A stretch of DNA of 64,000 bases from Candidatus Latescibacterota bacterium (lineage in GTDB: Bacteria > Latescibacterota > UBA2968 > UBA8231), in NCBI GenBank assembly GCA_965204725.1, contig OZ242005.1:1792001-1856000 (forward strand), read 5' to 3'. This document shows, in pieces, positions 56,733 through 64,000 of the stretch. Under the pieces are notes generated by a model. It worked only from the letters and a program-made list of their open reading frames with translations. It had not been told where the DNA came from and made no database searches. Within the stretch, counting starts at the first letter, position 1; every line of letters starts with the position of its first letter. Made by a program: the position numbers and the translations under genes.

Positions 56733-58439
56733 TCAACCTCCGCGAGGGGCGACGAGCAAACCGGCCCCTTCGCCGGGCACGACCGCGGCCAACTCCGGCT
56801 CATACCCCAACTCCGCGTGTAGCATATCGGCAAACGCGGCGCGGCGTTCCCCATCGACGAACTTGCGATGGACCAACCCGCCGATGTTGCCGCCCCAGCC
56901 AGCACCCAGCCGCTGCACGGCCCCGGCCGTTGGGCCTGCGGCCGCGAGAAACCGATTGACCACCCGCACCCGCCGATCGTAGGCCGGCGTCATCCGGCCG
57001 TAGCCTCCCGGCAAAAAGCGCAGCTTGGTCCGCGCTTCTCCGCGCTCGGCCCGCGCTGCAAGCCGCGCCAACACCTCGTCTTCGACTTCTCGGTCTCGAT
57101 CGCCAGCATGCGAAATGCGGATCAGTTCCAAGGCCGTGGTCATATCGCCGGCGTTGAGGTACGCGAGCATCCCGGCCACCCGGTCCTGCTCGGCCAAGCC
57201 ATACACACAGCGCCGCCGCAGAAACAAGGGCGTGTCCGCGGCTAGGTGCTGGAACTTGCCGGCGACCTCGCGCTGGCAGAGGGCGTCGAAACACGCCCCA
57301 ACGCCGGCCGCCCGCGCTTGGGCAGCTAACTGCGCCAGACTGGTCTGCCGAGGGAACTGGCCCAAGACCCGGTATAACTCGGCCAGCGACAGGCCCAGCC
57401 GCTCGGGGGCGAGGTCGCGAATATAGCGGACGCGCTCGCACACGGCGTGGCTCTTGCCCAGCCGCGGCAAAATTAGCGCGCGGGCGACAAACGCACCGAG
57501 CGGATAGGCGATGACCGTCTCTTCCTTGACGGCTTCGTCGTATTCGCGGGCCACCCCGCTGTCGAGCACGATAGCGGCGTATTCGTCGGGCAATGCGGCC
57601 TCCCCTTGTACCCGGGCCGGAAAAACCCCAACGCCGACCAGCTTGCCCGCTCGGCCCAAGATCATCCCGCCGTGGTCGGCCGTGCCGCCGCGCGTGCCGC
57701 GCATCCACTCGGAGGTGCCCAGCCCATCGACCAAGGCCGCTTCAGGCATATCGCGGCGCGGCACCAATCCGTGAACCCCCATCGCCGCCAGCGCCGTCGC
57801 CACGACCAAGGCCGAGGATGAGCTCAGGCCCCCGCTGGGCGAGACATTGCTCCACACCAGCCCGTCGAAGCCGCCCAAGGCCACGCGGCCGCGGAAATAA
57901 CTCTCCAAGTACACGAGCTGCCCCTCGACCAGCACCGACCAGTTGTGGGCCAAGGCACTCCCGGTGCGCTCTAGGCGCTGACGGCACACTTGGCCCGCAT
58001 AGTCCATCAGCGCCGGCCGCTCGGCCACGCGGGCCTTTGGCAGAATCGTCCCCAAGTCGAGCTCAATGGGCGCGAAGCGATCTACCGGCGCGCCGCGGCT
58101 GCGCAGGAAGCTGGCGAGCCGCACCCGCCGGCTAGAGGCCGCCCGCGCCACCACCAACGTATCCGCGCCGCGCACGGCCATCCGCACCGAGGGCATGCCG
58201 CCGTAGTCAATGTGCATCCCCATGACATTGATCTGCCCGGGGCAGCGCACCACGACCAAGGGGCTGCCGTGGCCATACCGGTCGGCAAAGTGCCGCAGGG
58301 CCTCCAAGTAATTGGCCCGCCAAGCCGCCACCTGCTCCCGCCCGTAGAGCCGCTCGAACTCGCGGTCGAAGCGGCCCTGCTCAAGGGCGGCCTGCCACTG
58401 GCCTAGACTCGCTGTATAGGGATTGTTAGAGCGCACCAT
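56733..58439 (-). CDS. GHMP kinase (galactokinase-like, divergent)
   Basis: PGQIN.MG.HIDY, GGLSSSSA, GAGWGG. Confidence 0.8.
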   Translation of the reverse strand: MVRSNNPYTASLGQWQAALEQGRFDREFERLYGREQVAAWRANYLEALRHFADRYGHGSPLVVVRCPGQINVMGMHIDYGGMPSVRMAVRGADTLVVARAASSRRVRLASFLRSRGAPVDRFAPIELDLGTILPKARVAERPALMDYAGQVCRQRLERTGSALAHNWSVLVEGQLVYLESYFRGRVALGGFDGLVWSNVSPSGGLSSSSALVVATALAAMGVHGLVPRRDMPEAALVDGLGTSEWMRGTRGGTADHGGMILGRAGKLVGVGVFPARVQGEAALPDEYAAIVLDSGVAREYDEAVKEETVIAYPLGAFVARALILPRLGKSHAVCERVRYIRDLAPERLGLSLAELYRVLGQFPRQTSLAQLAAQARAAGVGACFDALCQREVAGKFQHLAADTPLFLRRRCVYGLAEQDRVAGMLAYLNAGDMTTALELIRISHAGDRDREVEDEVLARLAARAERGEARTKLRFLPGGYGRMTPAYDRRVRVVNRFLAAAGPTAGAVQRLGAGWGGNIGGLVHRKFVDGERRAAFADMLHAELGYEPELAAVVPGEGAGLLVAPRGG

Positions 58440-60675
58440 CCACGCTCAGAGAGATCCGACGCAAGGGGCGTATTTTGCGCTCGATCGTCGCGTAGTAATA
58501 CTGGAGTGCGTTATCTACGCGCAGGTTGAGCCGCACCGGGCCTAGCTGTCGGCTCAACTGCACATCGAGCAAGTAAATGGGCACATAGTCGCGCCCGCAC
58601 TCGGCAAAGAGGCCGGATACCCGTTCAAACCGGCTGAGGTATTGGAAATTTACCCGCCCACTCGTGGGGCCGCGCTTTCCCAAGAGGCCCAGATTGACGA
58701 CGTGGCGCGCCCGATAGGGAAGCGGTGCCCGATCCTTGTAGTCGCCGTGGCAGTACGGCGGCAGCACTTGGTCCGCATCGAGAAACTCCACGCCATCCAC
58801 CAAGGTATAAGCCGCCCTCGCCCCTAGGCCTAGCGGCAAGGCGACCAACAGCTCGCTTTCCAACCCGCCGACCCGCGCCCGCGCCAAATTCTGGAAGCGC
58901 GCCATGGGCACAACCCCGCCGGCAAAGGGGTCTGGCCGCGCCTCAATCAGCCCGCGGTATTCGTTCCAAAACAGGGCCATATCCAAGGCCAACCACGGGG
59001 CCAGCCCCTGCTTGATCCCGACCTCGCCCGACCAAGCCCGCTCGGGATTTAAGGCGGGATTGGGACAGACGCGGATACCCGAGGCCTCGGCTTGAGAAAA
59101 GACTTCGAGCACCGACGGTACGCGAAAGCCCCGGCCGAGCGAAGCCCGCAACGCGGTCGCCTCCGACGGCCGATAGGAAAAACCGACTTGGGGACTAAAC
59201 TCCCCGGTGTTTTTACTCTCGACCGGCGGCACCCCGCACGGACCAGCGGCCAACCGAGAGGCCGCCGAGAGCCGACTCCAGTCGTAGCGCAACCCGACCG
59301 TCCACTCGGCCAGCGGACTGATTTCATACACGCCTTGGGCATAGCCGGAGACGGTCGTCAGGGAGCGCGTCCCGAGGAAGTCGCTGGGCGAGCGCACCAA
59401 ATCGGCCACAGAGGCCAGCCCCAGCGTCCAATTCCAACCGCGCAACCCGGTGTAGTCGAACTGACCTTCGCCCGAAATTTTGTGCCCTTCCGAGGCCAAG
59501 CCCCCAGCCGCCGCGTTATTGGTAAAATCCGTGCGGTAATATCCCAGCTTGAGCCGGTAGCCCAACTCGCTGTGTACCAAGTGGTAGTACTCAGAATTGA
59601 GGTGCAGCTTCCACGAGGTGGAATGAGCCGAGGCGTCGCTTGCGGGCACGGCCAGCGGCTGGCTGCGGTCGCGCCACTGGACGAAGACCCCGAAGTCGTC
59701 GAGGGCCCAGTGGCTCATCACGCGCCAATAGCTCGTCGGCGAGAAGCGATGCACCGCCTTGGCGTAGAGGTGGTAGCGGCGGCCATCGCCGTTTTGGTGG
59801 TATCCCGTGCCCCGGTTGTGCCCTCCGCTCAGGGCCAAGCCGGTCTGGCCCCAGACCCGGTTGTGACTTGCGTCGAAGCCGACAAACTGCATCGGGGAAT
59901 CGGTCCAGCGCCACGGGCGGTGGGCTGGCGGGCTGTACAACCCGCTGAGCAGGCGGAAGCGAGTGCCCGGCGCCCGCGCCGGATCGCGCGTAAGCACGTT
60001 GATTACCCCGCCCAGAGCACCCGTGCCATAGAGGGCCGATCCCGCCCCTTTGACCACCTCCACGCGCTCGACTTGCTGCAAGGGCACGGCATCCCACTTG
60101 ATGTCACCCAGATCCGACGACAGCAGCGGGAATCCATCCACCAGCATGAGCAGCCGACTGCCCGTACCGCGGCTGTACCCGCTCGAGCCGCGGACGACGG
60201 GCTGGCTACCTACTTGGCTGACGCCCGAGACGTAGCGCAGAGGGCCGGTCAGGGAGAACACGTTGTGATCGGCGATGCGCTCGGCATCGGCCACTGAAAT
60301 GCTAATGGGAGCTTGGGCAAAAGTTTGGGAGCGGCGGGACGCAGAGACCACGAGCTCGGGCACTTCGACGGCCATAGGTTCGAGGGCGACGACGCGCTCC
60401 TCCCCGGGCGCGACCCCGGGCAGGGTGTGCGAGCGGTAGCCGATATGCGAACAAAGCAAATCGTAGCGGCCGGGGGGCAAGCCCTCAATCCGGCAGTAGC
60501 CCTCTTCGTTGGAGTAGCCCCCGAACTCCGTCCCCAGCACCGCCAACGTCGCCCCGGGTAGCGGGATTTGGTCGCTGGCGTCGCGGACGCGGACGACGAT
60601 ATCAGCGGCCGAGCTCGGCCAACAGTTCAGCAGGCAAAGCGCGCTCGCACAGAGCAACGCTAGGCTCGGTTTCAT
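58426..60675 (-). CDS. TonB-dependent receptor
   Basis: Signal peptide, carboxypeptidase-reg-like N-domain, VVSASR, VERVEVVKGAGSALYG..ALGGVIN, LNPE. Confidence 0.92.
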   Translation of the reverse strand: MKPSLALLCASALCLLNCWPSSAADIVVRVRDASDQIPLPGATLAVLGTEFGGYSNEEGYCRIEGLPPGRYDLLCSHIGYRSHTLPGVAPGEERVVALEPMAVEVPELVVSASRRSQTFAQAPISISVADAERIADHNVFSLTGPLRYVSGVSQVGSQPVVRGSSGYSRGTGSRLLMLVDGFPLLSSDLGDIKWDAVPLQQVERVEVVKGAGSALYGTGALGGVINVLTRDPARAPGTRFRLLSGLYSPPAHRPWRWTDSPMQFVGFDASHNRVWGQTGLALSGGHNRGTGYHQNGDGRRYHLYAKAVHRFSPTSYWRVMSHWALDDFGVFVQWRDRSQPLAVPASDASAHSTSWKLHLNSEYYHLVHSELGYRLKLGYYRTDFTNNAAAGGLASEGHKISGEGQFDYTGLRGWNWTLGLASVADLVRSPSDFLGTRSLTTVSGYAQGVYEISPLAEWTVGLRYDWSRLSAASRLAAGPCGVPPVESKNTGEFSPQVGFSYRPSEATALRASLGRGFRVPSVLEVFSQAEASGIRVCPNPALNPERAWSGEVGIKQGLAPWLALDMALFWNEYRGLIEARPDPFAGGVVPMARFQNLARARVGGLESELLVALPLGLGARAAYTLVDGVEFLDADQVLPPYCHGDYKDRAPLPYRARHVVNLGLLGKRGPTSGRVNFQYLSRFERVSGLFAECGRDYVPIYLLDVQLSRQLGPVRLNLRVDNALQYYYATIERKIRPLRRISLSVDGAL

Positions 60676-61114
60676 CGTCCAACCCAGCGAAATGGACCTC
60701 AATGTCGATATTGGGAGTGATCTGCCCGGGGTTGACTTCCACCGGCGCGGGGCGGTCGGCCCCGGGTAGGCGATAGCAGCCCAAAAGCGAGGTAAGGTCC
60801 CAAAATTGGCCCTCCTCGCGCCAAGCCACGATAATCCACTGATAGACGCCTTCCCCGTCTAAGGGAACGAAGTAGCTGTAGGACTCAACGCCGAGCTCGA
60901 CGTTGGTATCCCAGCCGTTGATGTTAAAAAAATCGGCCACTGAAGCCGGGGGTTCGCGATAGACGGCCACGGCCACCTGTCCCACCTTGGTCGGCCACTC
61001 GCCGACAAAGCGTAGCTGACCGGCAATCCCAGACTGCCCGGTGGCCTCGGCATCGAGACCGCGGTCGCAGCCCCAGCACAAGGCTAAGGCCGCGACCCAA
61101 CGCCAAAACGGCAC
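60602..61114 (-). CDS. Putative lipoprotein
   Basis: Lipobox CWGC; beta-sandwich-like sequence. Confidence 0.65.
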   Translation of the reverse strand: MPFWRWVAALALCWGCDRGLDAEATGQSGIAGQLRFVGEWPTKVGQVAVAVYREPPASVADFFNINGWDTNVELGVESYSYFVPLDGEGVYQWIIVAWREEGQFWDLTSLLGCYRLPGADRPAPVEVNPGQITPNIDIEVHFAGLDDETEPSVALCERALPAELLAELGR

Positions 61115-61642
61115 CTATCCAGCCGCCTCGGCCGCGGCAGCGGCAGCCGCTGCCGCTGCCGAGAGTTCGGCGACGTCAAACTCGACATCGTTGATGGTTA
61201 TCGTCCCGGTAGCCGAAAGGCCATCGGTCCCAACCGAAATATCCATATCGAGCACGAGTTCGGCGTCCTGTGATCCAGACAGGGTAATCGTCCCGGTCAA
61301 CGGAATGGGCGTCTCGGTCACGCCGACGTTCAAGACGCCGTTGATGATCAACGCGCCATCGGGCGAGAAATCCTGCAACGTCCATTGGTTGCCCTCGACC
61401 TCCACCGAGCCACCGCCCTCTCCGGCCACCGACGTCTGACCGACCGCCACTGCGAAAAAGACATTGGTAAAACTGGAAACCAGTGTGCCGTATAAGCCTA
61501 CGATCTCAGGCGTTATCTCGGCTGCCGGGGGCGGGTCAGGCTCCACTGGCGCGGAGGGTGTGGAGTCGTCGTCGCCACAGGCGACCAACACTAGGGCACT
61601 GCACAGGACTAGGGCCGTGGCTTTATCCAGCCATTTACGCAT
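61115..61642 (-). CDS. Putative acidic lipoprotein with a poly-Ala tail
   Basis: Lipobox LVAC-GDDDST; GGAAGG RBS. Confidence 0.75.
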   Translation of the reverse strand: MRKWLDKATALVLCSALVLVACGDDDSTPSAPVEPDPPPAAEITPEIVGLYGTLVSSFTNVFFAVAVGQTSVAGEGGGSVEVEGNQWTLQDFSPDGALIINGVLNVGVTETPIPLTGTITLSGSQDAELVLDMDISVGTDGLSATGTITINDVEFDVAELSAAAAAAAAAAEAAG

Positions 61643-61693
61643 GATATTATCCTTCCTAAAAAATTAAATGGGCTAAGCGGTTAGATACCCCGC

Positions 61694-62800
61694 TCAAGAG
61701 ACGGTTTCGCTTTTCCGAACATAGCGCACCAGTGCTTCTTCGTCCAGCACGCAACCCAATCCCGGCTGCATGGGCGTGGGCACGTACCCATCGACAAACG
61801 GGATCGGCTCGACGATTAGGTCGTCCTCGCGGGTCCAGCTCCCCACAAAATCCGAGGCCATCGTGCAGTTGGGCGCGGCCGCGGCCGCGTGGATATACGC
61901 GGTATCGACGATGCCCAAGTCGTTGCCCGAGCCGTGCCAGCAACGCAGGCCGGCTGCGGCCGCTAGGGCCGCATTCTTCTGAAAGCCCACGAGGCTACCG
62001 CCCAAGTTCAGGCAATCAACGACCTCGGCCTTGATGGCGCGGACGATAGCCGGCCCGTTCCCCAAGTGCATGGCCACCGGCAGGTCAATCGCCTCGTGGA
62101 TCTGGACGTAGCCGGCTAAGTCGGACTTGGGGATGGGATCCTCAAAGACCTCGACATTGCCCACCTCTGCGAGCTGCTGCGCGAGCGCGATGGTCTGCTC
62201 GGCCGTGTGGAAGCGCTCGTTGGGATCCACGGTCACCTTAAAATCCACGCCGCCCACCGCACGCATGGCCTCCAGCCGCTCGACCATCGGCTCTTCAATT
62301 TTGCACTTGATCTTGACGCCTTTGAACCCGTGCGCGAGCGCCCGCTCAACCGCCCGCTTGCCGTCTTCCGGCGTCTGGTGCCCCATCCAATAGTCGGCCC
62401 GCACCCGGTCGCGCACCGCGCCGCCCAGCAGCGCATGTACGGGCACGGCGCGTGCCTTGCCCACCAAGTCGAAGATCGCCATCTCAAAGGCTTCATACGC
62501 CGGTCCGGCCCCCACGGTTGGCAACTCCTCGGTGCCGTCGTGGCGAGCGGCGAAAATATCCTGTAAGGTCCGGCACTCGGGGTCTCGGCCCAGCAGGCGG
62601 GCCGCTCCTTCCCGAACCTGCGCGACCGGCATGCCGCGCCCGGTCTCGCCCAAGCCCACCAACTCGGTATCCGTATTCAGGCGCACGAGGTGCTTGGGCA
62701 CTTGGTCCCATCCGGTCTCGGGCACCCACTCCGGGCTGTGTACCCGCCCGGGAATCGTCGGCACCACTACGGTCCAAATATCGACAGACGTTATTTTCAT
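61694..62800 (-). CDS. Mandelate racemase/muconate lactonizing enzyme (enolase superfamily)
   Basis: GLGE, EMAIFDLVGK..VPVH.LLGG, KIK, VDPN, FEDP. Confidence 0.92.
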   Translation of the reverse strand: MKITSVDIWTVVVPTIPGRVHSPEWVPETGWDQVPKHLVRLNTDTELVGLGETGRGMPVAQVREGAARLLGRDPECRTLQDIFAARHDGTEELPTVGAGPAYEAFEMAIFDLVGKARAVPVHALLGGAVRDRVRADYWMGHQTPEDGKRAVERALAHGFKGVKIKCKIEEPMVERLEAMRAVGGVDFKVTVDPNERFHTAEQTIALAQQLAEVGNVEVFEDPIPKSDLAGYVQIHEAIDLPVAMHLGNGPAIVRAIKAEVVDCLNLGGSLVGFQKNAALAAAAGLRCWHGSGNDLGIVDTAYIHAAAAAPNCTMASDFVGSWTREDDLIVEPIPFVDGYVPTPMQPGLGCVLDEEALVRYVRKSETVS

Positions 62801-62804
62801 AATA

Positions 62805-62934
62805 TAGCCGTCCTAAATGACTCGAAAGCATGGAATGTTGATCGGCCCGGTCTTTTTTGCCTCTGAGGCGTCATTTGTATGTTGCGTATTCCTTTCAGAT
62901 CGGCCACTCCCGCGAAAGCGGGAATCCAGTCTTG
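62805..62934. mobile_element. Second (inverted, one-ended) copy of the 8947-9061 MITE with a 33-bp insertion
   Basis: 62803-62875 matches the reverse complement of 8991-9063 at 68/73; 62909-62934 matches at 24/26; the distal TIR is missing. Confidence 0.8.
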
Positions 62935-62954
62935 ATGGTATCAAACTCGTCCTT

Positions 62955-64000
62955 TCACGGGATGAAGCTGGTCTTTTCATCGACAGCCAGCGCGAACTCA
63001 GCCAACAACTGGGCGGTGTGGTCCAAGTCGGCCCAAGACGCGATTTCGACCGGCGTGTGCATATAGCGCTGCGGCACGCTGACCAAGCCGGTGGCCACCC
63101 CGGCCCGACTGAGCTGGATGGCGTTGGCGTCCGTGCCCGTGCCCCCGGGGTCGGCTTGGATCTGATAGGGAATTTTCTTCTTTGTCGCCACCTGCACCAG
63201 CCGCTCGGACACGATCGGGTTGGCGTTGGCCCCGCGCAAAATGACCGGCCCTCCGCCCAGCTTGCACTCCCCGACTTGGCGCTTGTCGATGTCGGGATGA
63301 TCGGTGGCCCAAGTGACATCCACGGCAATACCCACCAGCGGATCGACTCCGTAGGCACTGGTCTTGGCCCCGCGGATCCCCACTTCCTCCTGCGCGGTGG
63401 CCACGGCGTACACTGCGGCTCGACACGTGCGCTTGGCGCGGCTCACCCGCCGGAGTGCCTCGGCGACCACCCAAGCCCCGGCCTTATTGTCAATTCCCCG
63501 CGACACCACCAGCCCGTTGCGTAGCTCCTCAAAGTTGGCGTCGTAGGTCGCCGGGTCGCCAATGGCCACTAATTGCCGCGCCTCGGCCTCGCTGGCCGCG
63601 CCGATATCGATCCACAAGTCGTGTTTGTCCGGTACTTTGGTCCGATCGGCCTGCTTCATCAGGTGAATGGGCTTTTTGCCCAACACGCCTAAGACCGGGC
63701 CTTGTGCGGTGTGGATGCGCACCTTGCGGCCGGGCACGAGTTGCAAGTCAAAGCCGCCGATGGTGTCGAAGTAGAGATAACCTTTGTCGTCGATGTAAAC
63801 GATCTGGAAACCCAGCTCGTCGGCGTGCCCGGCGAACATGATCTTGGGGCGACCGGCCTCGTTGTAGCTGCCAATGGTATTGCCGTGGACATCGACCTCG
63901 ACTCGGTCGGCGTATTTTTCTACCTCGGCTTTCCACACTGCCCGCACCGGCCCCTCGTACCCCGAAGGGCTGGGGGCGTGGAGCAGATCGACGAGAAATC
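62955..64000 (-). CDS. M42 family metallo-aminopeptidase (5' end outside the window)
   Basis: SPSGYE, GHADE, DNKAG, QEEVG.RGA, GGTGTDA, RYMHTP.E; the frame is open to the window edge. Confidence 0.93.
   Translation of the reverse strand, partial: FLVDLLHAPSPSGYEGPVRAVWKAEVEKYADRVEVDVHGNTIGSYNEAGRPKIMFAGHADELGFQIVYIDDKGYLYFDTIGGFDLQLVPGRKVRIHTAQGPVLGVLGKKPIHLMKQADRTKVPDKHDLWIDIGAASEAEARQLVAIGDPATYDANFEELRNGLVVSRGIDNKAGAWVVAEALRRVSRAKRTCRAAVYAVATAQEEVGIRGAKTSAYGVDPLVGIAVDVTWATDHPDIDKRQVGECKLGGGPVILRGANANPIVSERLVQVATKKKIPYQIQADPGGTGTDANAIQLSRAGVATGLVSVPQRYMHTPVEIASWADLDHTAQLLAEFALAVDEKTSFIP

Noticed and set aside
54920-61160. Micro-repeats (GMGMGMG codons near 54925; poly-Ala codons near 61130)
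   Set aside because: These are short low-complexity coding tracts with no sign of phase variation.
62813-63524. ORFs 62813..63358 and 62817..63524
   Set aside because: They overlap the M42 peptidase and read through the MITE copy (RLDSRFRG is the translated palindrome).
35600-63900. Many long antisense or alternative-frame ORFs (e.g. 38982..39953, 50091..51341, 59092..60297)
   Set aside because: These are shadow ORFs expected in GC-rich coding DNA; each overlaps a gene with clear family motifs.

Overview
This is a GC-rich chromosomal window from a diderm bacterium. The gene content (Ig-repeat autotransporter, many orphan sugar-acid, PhyH and amidohydrolase enzymes, DUF1640-like coiled-coil proteins) resembles uncultured sponge-associated Latescibacterota/Gemmatimonadota-type genomes; the taxonomy is inference only. 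Core genes: argG (partial), mdh, an RpoD-family sigma factor, tRNA-Tyr, hemW, lepA, rpsT, non-discriminating aspS, phoH-HD-ybeY-corC-(tRNA-fMet)-lnt, and an M42 peptidase (partial). Also present: a cysM-mec-cysO-cysK sulfur-carrier operon, a ~1900-aa 15-repeat Ig-like autotransporter with a sulfotransferase, an IS5 (IS427-group) element, a small replacement island carrying a DUF2971 gene, and long catabolic and TonB-receptor clusters. The most unusual signals are four. (i) Nested non-autonomous mobile repeats: two different MITE chassis each carry a dRS3-like ATTCCC-N8-GGGAAT hairpin; one landed in the hemW stop codon, and two of its ends supply Shine-Dalgarno-like sequence. (ii) A tandem, modular, partly hypervariable membrane-protein family with an orphan subtilase-prodomain-like module and a conserved C-terminal beta-hairpin ending in Phe. 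(iii) Two variable-repeat membrane-anchored coiled-coil gene cassettes with shared leaders. (iv) A Braun-lipoprotein-like coiled-coil lipoprotein coupled to a LysM protein. No CRISPR array, rRNA or DGR was seen.
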